From contig JBNPEG010000084.1 of the NCBI GenBank assembly GCA_051117555.1, forward strand, positions 1-64,000: a DNA stretch of 64,000 nucleotides. Direction: 5' to 3'. Shown here piece after piece: positions 40,764 to 49,991 of this stretch; within the stretch, counting starts at the first letter, position 1, and the number at the start of each line of letters is the position of its first letter. Origin of the DNA: Elainellaceae cyanobacterium. Its GTDB lineage: Bacteria; Cyanobacteriota; Cyanobacteriia; CAZCXK01. Made by a program: the position numbers and the translations under genes. The notes below the pieces were generated by a model. That model did no database searches and was not told the DNA's origin. It saw only the letters and a program-made list of their open reading frames with translations.

Positions 40764-41597
40764 ATGTTCGGTATCTACTCAGCAATCCGTATATTTCCAA
40801 GACTTTGCTTACTTCTTTGTGCTTCCCTCCCATTTGCGATATGGGAAGTTGGAATCCTTAATATACGTGCGGCACATGCAATATTTTTTCAAGCACAAAA
40901 CTCATCTCCAAATCCATCACCGCCGCCGCCAATTCAGGGAATTTCTAGTCTTCGTACTCTTTGGAATACTATATTCAGCAGTCCACCTCCACCTCCCCCC
41001 CAACAAGGAATTTCAAGAGGACGTTATTTTTGCTTGATTGCCCCATATTCATTTGAAGAAGAAGTATGGAGCGATCGCCCAACGTTAGTATGGCAAGGTT
41101 CGGCGAGCAGCGTAGAACTCTATCAACAAGGCGGTTCAGAACCCATTTGGACATATCCCCTATCTGAATCGGATCAAATCCCTGGACTAGATGGTGCCCA
41201 GACAGAAGAATTTGATGAACCCGTCTATCAAGTTACCTATGATGGCGAACCACTTGAACCCGGACAAGCTTATGTATGGAGGGTGATTCAACCGTTCGCT
41301 CCTCGTCCGATTTCCTTCCAGATAATGACCACTGAAGAGCAAGAGAAAATTACGGATGATTTGACTGCTTTAGAATCTCAGCTTGAAGCCGAAGACACAG
41401 ATGAAACTCTCGCCATTCAAAAAGCGGACTACTTTGCAGATCAACAACTCTGGTCAGACTTTTGGCAACAAATTCTCGCAGTTGAATCTCCATCCGATGA
41501 ATTAAAAACTGTTTTGGATGAAACCATTGCAGAATTGTGCCCTCCGCCACCAGACCCTGATGCCAATTCGAGAGAATTCAGGGGTTCTGTGCGTTAA
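40764..41597 (+). CDS. DUF928-like secreted protein
   Basis: Signal peptide, Pro-rich linker, SRGRYFCLIAP...RPTLVW...LEPGQAYVW...QLWSDFW; same operon position as DUF928 9476. Confidence 0.65.
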   Translation: MFGIYSAIRIFPRLCLLLCASLPFAIWEVGILNIRAAHAIFFQAQNSSPNPSPPPPIQGISSLRTLWNTIFSSPPPPPPQQGISRGRYFCLIAPYSFEEEVWSDRPTLVWQGSASSVELYQQGGSEPIWTYPLSESDQIPGLDGAQTEEFDEPVYQVTYDGEPLEPGQAYVWRVIQPFAPRPISFQIMTTEEQEKITDDLTALESQLEAEDTDETLAIQKADYFADQQLWSDFWQQILAVESPSDELKTVLDETIAELCPPPPDPDANSREFRGSVR

Positions 41598-41739
41598 GCA
41601 TATGAGGTGATGTGACAGGAGCGATCGCCCCTTTTGCCTATTGCATAAAATTCGATACATTGCATTGGTCGTACGCCGTACGCCCCTACGTGCGTTTCAT
41701 TGGTCGTTTCTCGTTCAAAGCCCAAAATTTTCTCTTAAG

Positions 41740-41767
41740 TTCCACAGGGTCTCCAGCCTCAGAGCTA
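41740..41767 (+). promoter_or_regulatory. Motif A variant upstream of CHAT gene 41802
   Basis: TTCCACA gggtctccagcctca GAGCTA; flanks homologous to the 33626 copy. Confidence 0.65.
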
Positions 41768-41801
41768 TATAGTAATATCACCCCCAAGAGCCAACGAAAT
41801 C

Positions 41802-44657
41802 ATGCATTACTCAGCAAAGCTGCTCAGTTTAGTTGCAACCACGGCGTTGATGATTCCCCTTGTCCAAATCCGAGGGTTCTCCCAAGACTCCTCCCATTTT
41901 CTGCAAACAGATTTCGTCTTAGCTCAAAGTGAACCTGCTGAAGCCCGCTTGAACCGAGCTAATCGTCTTTTGCAGCAGGGCATTCAGCAAGCTCTAGTCA
42001 GTCATTTTCGAGAGGCGTTACAGTCGTGGCAGCAAGCTCTAGAGATTTATCGAGAACCAGAGGTTCAAGCAGCATTTCCTCAGGAGAGTCGCCAAGGTGA
42101 AGGAAACGCCCTAGGCAATTTGGGCATTGCTTACAGAAATTTGGGAGACTATCAGCAAGCCATCGACTTATATGAGCAATACCTTGCCATTGCCCGCGAG
42201 ATAGGCGATCGTCGAGGAGAAGGAAACGCTCTGGGCAATTTGGGCCTTGCTTACTGGAGTCTGGGAGACTATCCGCAAGCCATCGACTTGTATGAGCAAC
42301 AGCTTGTGATTGCCCGCGAGATAGGCGATCGCCGTGGAGAAGGAAATGCCCTAGGCAATTTAGGCATTACTTACGATAATTTGGGAGACTATCAGCAAGC
42401 CATCGACTTGTATGAGCAACAGCTTGTGATTGCCCGCGAGATAGGCGATCGCAGTGGGGAAGGAACCGCCCTGGGCAATTTGGGCATTGCTTACGATAAT
42501 TTGGGAGACTATCAGCAAGCCATCGACTTCTATGAGCAACAGCTTGTTATTACCCGCAAGATAGGCGATCGCCAAGGGGAAGGAGCTGCCTTGGGCAATT
42601 TGGGCAGTGCTTACCTGAGTCTGGGGGACTATCCGCAAGCCATCGACTTTTATGAGCAAGTGCTTGTGATTTTCCGCAAGATAGGCGATCGCAGTGGGGA
42701 AGGAACCGCCCTGGGCAATTTGGGCAGTGCTTACCTGAGTCTGGGAGACTATCAGCAAGCCATCGACTTGTATGAGCAACGTCTTGCCATTGCCCGCGAG
42801 ATAGGCGATCGCAGTGGGGAAGGAACCGCCCTGGGCAATTTGGGCAGTGCTTACCTGAGTCTGGGAGACTATCAGCAAGCCATCGAACGCTATCAGCAGG
42901 CGCTGGCAATCGCTCAAGAAATTGGCGATCGATCGAGTGAAGGCGTGTGGCTTAGCTATATCGGTTCTCTTCTCGCACAGCAAGAGCAGCCGGAGCTTGC
43001 CATTGTCTTCTACAAACAGTCGGTCAATGTCCGCGAGGCTATTCGAGATGATTTGCGTGAATTGCCCCGGGAGCAGCAGCAGTCCTTCACCGATACCGTC
43101 GCTGATGACTACCGAGAACTTGCCGATCTCCTTCTGCAAGCCGATCGCGTCCTCGAAGCCCAGCGGGTTCTCGACTTGCTCAAAGTCCAGGAGCTGGATG
43201 ACTACTTGCACGATGTGCGCGGCAATGACCAGACAGAAGACGGCGTTGAACTCGTTGACCCTGAAGCTCAAATCAGCAACAAAGCCATTCTTATCGGGCA
43301 CGAACTGGCAGACCTCCGAGCCATCCCGTATGCCCAACTTTCTGACGAGCAAAAACAGCGGCTTGCAGATTTAGACGAGGCTCAGCGAGCCATCATTGCC
43401 GACTTCCGGGGCTTTATCAACAGTCCTGAAATTCAAGCACTGGTGGCCCAACTCAGCGTCGAAGCTCGTGAACAGGACGTGCTGGCCGAATTGGATGAAT
43501 TCATCAACCTGCAAAACAATCTGAGGGAAATCGATCAGAATGCCGTTCTGATTTATCCCCTGATTCTCGAAGACCGCCTAGAATTGGTGCTCATCACCCC
43601 CTTCAGCGAACCCACTCGCTACCCCGTTGAAGTAGACCGAGCCGAACTCAACGAAACCATCGTCGCCTTCCGTCAGGCTCTCGACGACCCCACTAGCGCC
43701 CCTCAATCGCTCGCCCAACAGCTTTATGACTGGCTGATTTCTCCGATGGCGAATGACCTAGAGGCGATTGGAGCTGAAACTATCCTCTATGCACCTGACG
43801 GGGTGTTGCGCTACATTCCTCTAGCAGCACTCCATGATGGAGAGCGGTGGCTCGTCGAGCAGTTTCACATCAACCATATTACTGCTGCTAGCCTGCAAGA
43901 CTTTGATCTGCAACCCCGAATTGACGACCCTCAAATTTTGGCTGCTGCTTTCAGCGAAGGTTTCCATGAAGTGCAGGCAGGCGATCGCACCTTCCCCTTC
44001 GATGGCCTTCCTTTTGCTGGACAAGAGGTGGAAAACCTAGCTGCCGCTTTTCCCGGCACCACCAAGCTGCTCGACGAAGACTTCAGCCGCACCGCCACCG
44101 AACCCATCATGGACAGTCACACCATTGTCCATCTCGCCACCCATGCTGCCTTTGTTCAAGGCTCCCCCAGCGACTCGTTTATCCTCTTTGGTAATGGCGA
44201 TTATGTCACCTTAGAGGAGATCAAAAGCTGGGAAGGACGCTTCAACCAAGTAGACCTGATTGTGCTGAGTGCCTGCGAAACTGGACTAGGCGGACTCGCT
44301 TTCGGTGATTCAGAACTGGGCAACGGTGAAGAAATTCTCGGCTTTGGTTACTTGATGCAGCAAGCAGGAGCAGCAGCAGCGATCGCTTCTCTTTGGCCAG
44401 TCAACGACGGCGGCACTCAGGTGCTGATGGATGCGTTCTATGCGGCTCTGCGAAACGGCTATTCTAAAGCAGAAGCACTGCAACGAGCACAGATTGCTCT
44501 GATTACTCGTGATGAAACCGTGCTGGAACTAGAGGGCGATCGCGGTGTGGCGGTAGAAATCATTGACACCCGTAACGGGCAGCCGCTCTCTCAAAGTAAT
44601 GGTTTGGCGCATCCCTATTACTGGGCACCCTTCATTCTCATCGGCAACGGTCTTTGA
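41802..44657 (+). CDS. Secreted TPR + CHAT protease
   Basis: 120-bp TPR repeats (GNLG...QQAID); HLATHA and SACETG; HPYYWAPFILIGNGL. Confidence 0.95.
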   Translation: MHYSAKLLSLVATTALMIPLVQIRGFSQDSSHFLQTDFVLAQSEPAEARLNRANRLLQQGIQQALVSHFREALQSWQQALEIYREPEVQAAFPQESRQGEGNALGNLGIAYRNLGDYQQAIDLYEQYLAIAREIGDRRGEGNALGNLGLAYWSLGDYPQAIDLYEQQLVIAREIGDRRGEGNALGNLGITYDNLGDYQQAIDLYEQQLVIAREIGDRSGEGTALGNLGIAYDNLGDYQQAIDFYEQQLVITRKIGDRQGEGAALGNLGSAYLSLGDYPQAIDFYEQVLVIFRKIGDRSGEGTALGNLGSAYLSLGDYQQAIDLYEQRLAIAREIGDRSGEGTALGNLGSAYLSLGDYQQAIERYQQALAIAQEIGDRSSEGVWLSYIGSLLAQQEQPELAIVFYKQSVNVREAIRDDLRELPREQQQSFTDTVADDYRELADLLLQADRVLEAQRVLDLLKVQELDDYLHDVRGNDQTEDGVELVDPEAQISNKAILIGHELADLRAIPYAQLSDEQKQRLADLDEAQRAIIADFRGFINSPEIQALVAQLSVEAREQDVLAELDEFINLQNNLREIDQNAVLIYPLILEDRLELVLITPFSEPTRYPVEVDRAELNETIVAFRQALDDPTSAPQSLAQQLYDWLISPMANDLEAIGAETILYAPDGVLRYIPLAALHDGERWLVEQFHINHITAASLQDFDLQPRIDDPQILAAAFSEGFHEVQAGDRTFPFDGLPFAGQEVENLAAAFPGTTKLLDEDFSRTATEPIMDSHTIVHLATHAAFVQGSPSDSFILFGNGDYVTLEEIKSWEGRFNQVDLIVLSACETGLGGLAFGDSELGNGEEILGFGYLMQQAGAAAAIASLWPVNDGGTQVLMDAFYAALRNGYSKAEALQRAQIALITRDETVLELEGDRGVAVEIIDTRNGQPLSQSNGLAHPYYWAPFILIGNGL

Positions 44658-44701
44658 TTAGAGGACGGGTATCCCTTAAGGCAGGAAGCTTTGCCAGGAA
44701 T

Positions 44702-44880
44702 GGAATTCAGGAGTCAGGAGCCAGAAGTCAGCCCTCTCCTGAATTCTGACTCCTAGGTTCTGGCTCCCTATCCAACCAGGATTTCCCGGCACCAATTCCC
44801 CCCAATAGAGCTACAGATGACCAACCTGAAAGCCTGGCAGGGCAAAGGCATTTCAATCCAAAATCTAAAATCCAAAATTG
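44702..44880. repeat. Cyanobacterial heptamer (STRR-like) repeats and palindrome
   Basis: caggagt/caggagc/cagaagt with an inverted partner; aatccaa/aatctaa/aatccaa, repeated again at 45176-45205. Confidence 0.6.
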
Positions 44881-44966
44881 GCAAATCATGCTCCGAGTAT
44901 CAACGCGGATACCTTCAACATTGCGGCGGATATCTTTTGGGCAAGTTGCGACCTGGCTCACCCATT

Positions 44967-44994
44967 TTCCATACCCGCCGTTGTCCCAGATATA
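44967..44994 (+). promoter_or_regulatory. Motif A variant upstream of CHAT gene 45139
   Basis: TTCCATA cccgccgttgtccca GATATA. Confidence 0.6.
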
Positions 44995-45138
44995 GATAAC
45001 CGTGAAGGCTTTATTAGCCTGGTCACGATATATTGCAATGGGGCAGCCGCCTTTCTCCGGCGTCTTTGACTCCCTTCCCTGCAAAATCTCATCTCCTTCT
45101 CCCAACGAAAAGTACGTAGTCACGAGAGGATTTAACTG

Positions 45139-48100
45139 ATGACGATCGCTCCCTCCAACTCCAGGTTCCGACCCCTCCAAAATCCAAAATCTAAAATCCA
45201 AAATCGCACACTGTTTGCTGTCTTAATCACCGCAGGCTTACTGATGGGCGTGGCTGAACCTGTGATTGGGCAGATGCGGCTGGCTCAGGCAGAAGAATCG
45301 TCGGAGGTGGGGGCGATCGCCCCTTTCACCATCGAAGGAACCTTGGACGAGAACAGCGACGTGCTTGAGGATGATGGCAGCTATTACAACGTCCATACCT
45401 TTGAGGGGCAGGCAGGCCAGACTGTGGCGATCGAGTTAGTGAGTGATGACTTTGATACTTACCTGCTGTTCCAGTCACCCGATGGCACTCTCCTAAGCCA
45501 GGACGATGATGGAGCTGGGGGAACCAATTCCCGCATTCTCTTATCCCTCCCCACAACGGGAACTTATACAATCCTTGCCAACACCTACGCAGCCGGAGAA
45601 ACTGGACGCTACACTCTCAGCCTACAGCCTGCATCCAGTCAAGAGGTCACAGCGGCTGAGCAGTTGGCCGAGGCAGAACAACTCGGCCAGCAGGTCACCC
45701 AGCTTTATCAGCAAGGCCGCTATGCCGACGCCATTCCCCTCGCTCAGCGTGTCCTAGAAATTCTTGAAACCGCCCTGGACGAGAATCATCCCCTTGTCGC
45801 CACCAGCCTCAATAATCTGGCAGAGTTGTATCGTGCTCAGGGCAATTACGCAGCAGCAGAACCCCTCTATCAGCGATCGCTCTCAATTGTTGAAACCGCC
45901 CTGGGCGACACTCATCCCTATTTCGCCCTCAGCCTCAATAACCTTGCGTCAGTGTATCGTGCTCAGGGCAATTATGCAGCAGCAGAACCCCTCTATCGAC
46001 GATCGCTCTCGATCTATGAAACCGCCCTGGACAACACTCATCCCAATGTCGCCCTAAGCCTCAATAATCTGGCATTGTTGTATCAAGAGCAGGGCAATTA
46101 CGCGGCAGCAGAACCCCTCTACCAGCGATCGCTCTCCATTCTTGAAACCGCCCTGGGCGAGAACCACCCCGATTTCGCCCTCAGCCTCAATAATCTGGCA
46201 GAGTTGTATCGTGCTCAGGGCAATTACGCAGCAGCAGAACCCCTCTATCAGCGATCGCTCTCGATTTTTGAAACCGTCCTGGGCGACACCCATCCCAACG
46301 TCGCCTTAAGCCTCAATAATTTAGCAGAGTTATATCGTACTCAGGGCAATTACGCGGCGGCAGAACCCCTCTATCAGCGATCGCTCTCGATTCGTGAAAC
46401 CGCCCTGGGCGAAAACCATCCCGATGTCGCCAATAGCCTCAATAATCTGGCAGGGTTATATCGTGCTCAGGGCAATTATGCAGCGGCAGAACCTCTCTTG
46501 CGGCGATCGCTCTCAATTGTTGAAACCGCCCTGGGCGACACTCATCCCTATTTCGCCCTCAGCCTCAATAATCTGGCAGAGTTGTATCGTGCTCAGGGCA
46601 ATTATGCAGCAGCAGAACCCCTCTATCGACGATCGCTCTCGATCTATGAAACCGCCCTGGACAACACTCATCCCAATGTCGCCCTAAGCCTCAATAATCT
46701 GGCATTGTTGTATCAAGAGCAGGGCAATTACGCGGCAGCAGAACCCCTCTACCAGCGATCGCTCTCCATTCTTGAAACCGCCCTGGGCGAGAACCACCCC
46801 GATTTCGCCCTCAGCCTCAATAATCTGGCAGAGTTGTATCGTGCTCAGGGCAATTACGCAGCAGCAGAACCCCTCTATCAGCGATCGCTCGCCATTAGTG
46901 AAACCGCCCTGGGCGAGACTCATCCCGACGTCGCCTTGAGCCTCAACAATCTGGCATTGTTGTATCAAGCTCAAGGCAATTACGCGGCGGCAGAACCCCT
47001 CTATCAGCGATCGCTCGCCATTAGTGAAACCGCCTTGGGCGAGACTCATCCCCTTGTCGCCACCAGCCTCAATAATCTGGCAGTGTTGTATCGCAATCAA
47101 AATGATCTTCCCCAAGCCATTGAATTTTTAAGGTCAGGACTGACGGTGGAAGAAACCAACTTGGCCTCAACCCTGGCGATTGGCTCAGAAGCACGAAAGC
47201 GAGCCTATGTGAGAACCATTGCTGGAACTACCGATGCGGCAATTTCGCTACATCAGCAGGCTGCCGCCACAGATCCTGATGCAGCTCGCCTTGCCCTCAC
47301 CACCGCCTTCCGCCGCAAGGGGCGCATCCTCGATGCCGTCACCGACTCGTTCCAGCGCCTGCGCCAAAACCTCAGCCCCGATGAACAGTCATTGCTCGAT
47401 GACTACACCGCAATTCAAACCCAGTTAGCCACCCTGCTCTACAGCGGCTTGGGTGACCAAGACCCCGATGCCTACCGTGCTCAAGTTGACACGCTACGTC
47501 AGGAAAGTGAGCGGCTGGAAAACGAACTGGCTCGCCGCAGTGCCGAATTCCGGGTCGAGGCAGCACCGATTGAGATTGAGACCGTGCAAGCTCTGATTCC
47601 CGAGGGTGCAGTGTTGGTGGAACTGGTGCGCTATCGCCCCGTTGACCCACAGGCATCCCAATCCGAGCGGTTCGGCGACCCCCGCTACGCCGCCTACACC
47701 CTCGATGCCTCTGGCACCATCCAGTCCGTCGATCTGGGCGACGCCGCCACCATCGACCAGGCCGTTGATGATTTCCTCATCGCTCTGCAAAATCCAGCCC
47801 GTCTACAGCGCACTCGCCAAACCGCCCGTCAACTTGACCAGCTCGTCATGCAGCCCATCCGCCAGCTCATCGGCGACACCCCCCATCTGCTCCTCTCCCC
47901 CGACGGCCAGCTCAACCTCATCCCCTTCGCCGCCCTCGTCGATGAAACCGACCAATACCTCGTCGAAACCTACCAAATCACCTACCTCACCTCCGGTCGC
48001 GACCTGCTCAAGCTCCAGCTCGACGCCCCCAGCCGTCAAGCTCCTGTCATCGTCGCCAACCCCGACTTCGACGCTGCCGATGGGCAGGCGAGTTTGGCAG

Positions 48101-48987
48101 CAGCCGGAGTGATCCCCCCTAGCCCCCCTTTACAAGGGGGGAACCGGAGTCTGTTGGCGCAGGCTGAAGGACAAAGTCCCCCTTATCAAGAGGGAAACCG
48201 GAACCAAAGTCCCCCTTATCAAGGGGGATTTAGGGGGATAGAACCTCTCACTGCCTCAGACACTCGCCGCTCCTCCGACCTCACCGACCTCCAATTCGGC
48301 CCCCTCCCCGGCACCGAACGCGAGGCCCAAGCGATCGTCCCTCTCCTCCCCGACGCCACCCTCCTCACCGAGACCCAGGCCACCGAAAACCTCCTCAAAC
48401 AGCTCGACGCCCCATCCATTCTCCACATCGCCACCCACGGCTTCTTCCTCCAGGACGTGCATTTCCTGCTGCCCCTCCTCGAAGGCGATCGCGGCATCGC
48501 CCTCGACTACTTCGACAACCCCAACGCCCAGCGCACAGACCGCCCCGTCAACAACGAAAACCCCCTGCTGCGCTCCGGCCTCGCCCTGGCAGGCTTCAAC
48601 CCCCGCCAAAGCGGCGACGAAGACGGGGTGCTCACTGCCCTAGAAGCCTCTAGGTTGAACCTCTACGGTACTGAACTGGTAGTACTCTCCGCCTGTGAGA
48701 CGGGCGTTGGTTCTGTAGCGAATGGGGAAGGCGTCTACGGCCTACGTCGTGCCTTTGTTATCGCCGGAGCCGACAGCTTGCTGATGAGCCTGTGGAAAGT
48801 CAGCGACCAGGGTACTGCCGACCTAATGACTCGCTACTACCAGCGTTTACTGGATGGCGAAGGGCGTAGTGACGCCTTGCGAGCGACCCAGCTTGAGATG
48901 CTGCAAACCCCCGGCTATGAACATCCTTTCTATTGGGCCTCGTTCATCTTTTCGGGAGACTGGCGATCGCTGGAGGACCGGGAGTGA
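45139..48987 (+). CDS. PPC + kinesin-light-chain-type TPR (42 aa) + CHAT protease
   Basis: PPC (DFDTYLLFQ...QDDD); about 11 repeats of HPxVAxSLNNLAxLY; HIATHGFF, NPLLRSGLAL, SACETG, HPFYWASFI. Confidence 0.95.
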   Translation: MTIAPSNSRFRPLQNPKSKIQNRTLFAVLITAGLLMGVAEPVIGQMRLAQAEESSEVGAIAPFTIEGTLDENSDVLEDDGSYYNVHTFEGQAGQTVAIELVSDDFDTYLLFQSPDGTLLSQDDDGAGGTNSRILLSLPTTGTYTILANTYAAGETGRYTLSLQPASSQEVTAAEQLAEAEQLGQQVTQLYQQGRYADAIPLAQRVLEILETALDENHPLVATSLNNLAELYRAQGNYAAAEPLYQRSLSIVETALGDTHPYFALSLNNLASVYRAQGNYAAAEPLYRRSLSIYETALDNTHPNVALSLNNLALLYQEQGNYAAAEPLYQRSLSILETALGENHPDFALSLNNLAELYRAQGNYAAAEPLYQRSLSIFETVLGDTHPNVALSLNNLAELYRTQGNYAAAEPLYQRSLSIRETALGENHPDVANSLNNLAGLYRAQGNYAAAEPLLRRSLSIVETALGDTHPYFALSLNNLAELYRAQGNYAAAEPLYRRSLSIYETALDNTHPNVALSLNNLALLYQEQGNYAAAEPLYQRSLSILETALGENHPDFALSLNNLAELYRAQGNYAAAEPLYQRSLAISETALGETHPDVALSLNNLALLYQAQGNYAAAEPLYQRSLAISETALGETHPLVATSLNNLAVLYRNQNDLPQAIEFLRSGLTVEETNLASTLAIGSEARKRAYVRTIAGTTDAAISLHQQAAATDPDAARLALTTAFRRKGRILDAVTDSFQRLRQNLSPDEQSLLDDYTAIQTQLATLLYSGLGDQDPDAYRAQVDTLRQESERLENELARRSAEFRVEAAPIEIETVQALIPEGAVLVELVRYRPVDPQASQSERFGDPRYAAYTLDASGTIQSVDLGDAATIDQAVDDFLIALQNPARLQRTRQTARQLDQLVMQPIRQLIGDTPHLLLSPDGQLNLIPFAALVDETDQYLVETYQITYLTSGRDLLKLQLDAPSRQAPVIVANPDFDAADGQASLAAAGVIPPSPPLQGGNRSLLAQAEGQSPPYQEGNRNQSPPYQGGFRGIEPLTASDTRRSSDLTDLQFGPLPGTEREAQAIVPLLPDATLLTETQATENLLKQLDAPSILHIATHGFFLQDVHFLLPLLEGDRGIALDYFDNPNAQRTDRPVNNENPLLRSGLALAGFNPRQSGDEDGVLTALEASRLNLYGTELVVLSACETGVGSVANGEGVYGLRRAFVIAGADSLLMSLWKVSDQGTADLMTRYYQRLLDGEGRSDALRATQLEMLQTPGYEHPFYWASFIFSGDWRSLEDRE
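48112..48239. repeat. Palindromic dispersed repeat (MITE-like) lying in frame inside the CHAT coding region
   Basis: atcccccctagcccccctt ... aagggggatttagggggat ends; internal caaagtcccccttatcaag x2. Confidence 0.75.
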
Positions 48988-49064
48988 AAGAGGATTGTGT
49001 AGCTTAACCTGGTAAATAAACCCTGTGTCGTTCTTTCCACTGATATCTTTCTTACTTGTGAAGT

Positions 49065-49406
49065 ATGACAACATCTCATCTGCCAACCCTCTTGCAATCT
49101 CGATTAGCGACCACCCCAGAGCAGGTGAAAGCCTTTTGCCAGCGGTGGTGTATTTCAGAATTTGCTCTTTTTGGATCTGTTTTGCGACCGGACTTTCAAC
49201 CTGAAAGTGACGTGGATGTTTTGGTAAGTTTTAATGAGTCGGGAGACAACCGTTGGAGCATCTTCGATCTAATTCGGATGCAGCAAGAACTAGAATCCCT
49301 TTTTCAACGAGAGGTCGATTTAGTAGAAAAAGCGGGTCTGCAAAATCCATATCGTCGGGCTGAAATCTTGGATACCTGTCGGGTTATCTTTAGCGACAAA
49401 TGGTAA
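49065..49406 (+). CDS. mntA: Minimal nucleotidyltransferase (MNT) antitoxin
   Basis: FALFGSVLRPDFQPESDVDVLV...REVDLV. Confidence 0.88.
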   Translation: MTTSHLPTLLQSRLATTPEQVKAFCQRWCISEFALFGSVLRPDFQPESDVDVLVSFNESGDNRWSIFDLIRMQQELESLFQREVDLVEKAGLQNPYRRAEILDTCRVIFSDKW

Positions 49407-49768
49407 GTAACAAACGTGATGCTGCTTCTCTCTGGGATATGGTGCAGGCTATCCGGGATCTGCAAGCCTTTACGGCGGGTCTTTCCTATGAGAACTATAT
49501 CAGTAACCTGATGGTGCAGCGGGCCGTAGAGCGGCAACTAGAAATTCTAGGAGAGGCTGCCCGACGGGTTTCCCAGGATTTCTGCCAATCCCATCCGGAG
49601 ATAGATTGGACGGGCATCATTGGCCTTCGGAACGTATTAGCCCATCGCTATGATCAGATTCGCTGCGATCGCATCTGGGCTATTCTTGACGAGGAACTCC
49701 CTCTGTTGCTGACTCGGCTAGAACAATTGCTACCGCCTTTACCAGACAATTCAAGCTTTGAAGAATGA
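49400..49768 (+). CDS. hepT: HEPN/DUF86 ribonuclease toxin
   Basis: AVERQLEILGEAA...GLRNVLAHRY (RX4HXY); overlaps the MNT gene. Confidence 0.88.
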   Translation: MVSNKRDAASLWDMVQAIRDLQAFTAGLSYENYISNLMVQRAVERQLEILGEAARRVSQDFCQSHPEIDWTGIIGLRNVLAHRYDQIRCDRIWAILDEELPLLLTRLEQLLPPLPDNSSFEE

Positions 49769-49806
49769 GGTTATGTCAAAAAGGCAATCGCTGGAGGACC
49801 TGTGAA

Positions 49807-49962
49807 ATGCTGACAATTCGCTTGCTAACAGCCTTTGTCCCTCTGCTCATGATTCCTACTGTTATTCCTGGTTCCCAGCCACTGCTAGCTGAGCCAGTGA
49901 TGGCTCAAGTAGCCTCAATCGAAGAACGAAAGGTGGAGGGCGATCGCCGAAACTCTAAATAG
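49807..49962 (+). pseudogene. Orphan signal-peptide stub of a TPR-CHAT gene, ending just after a HIP1 site
   Basis: MLTIRLL...VMAQVASIEERKVEGDR matches the AQ...E(G/A)DR starts of the CHAT paralogs; GCGATCGC at 49940-49947. Confidence 0.6.
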
Positions 49963-49991
49963 CCTTTGTGAACTAGAGGAGTGACGAAAAG

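Noticed and set aside
42360..43352. 330-aa minus-strand ORF and similar shadows (46684, 47606, 51940, 55601, 5740)
   Set aside because: Antisense or alternate-frame by-products of repetitive or C-rich CHAT and FHA genes.
42100..47100. Regular 120/126-bp repeats as a CRISPR array
   Set aside because: They are in-frame TPR coding repeats with no unique spacers, and no cas genes are present.
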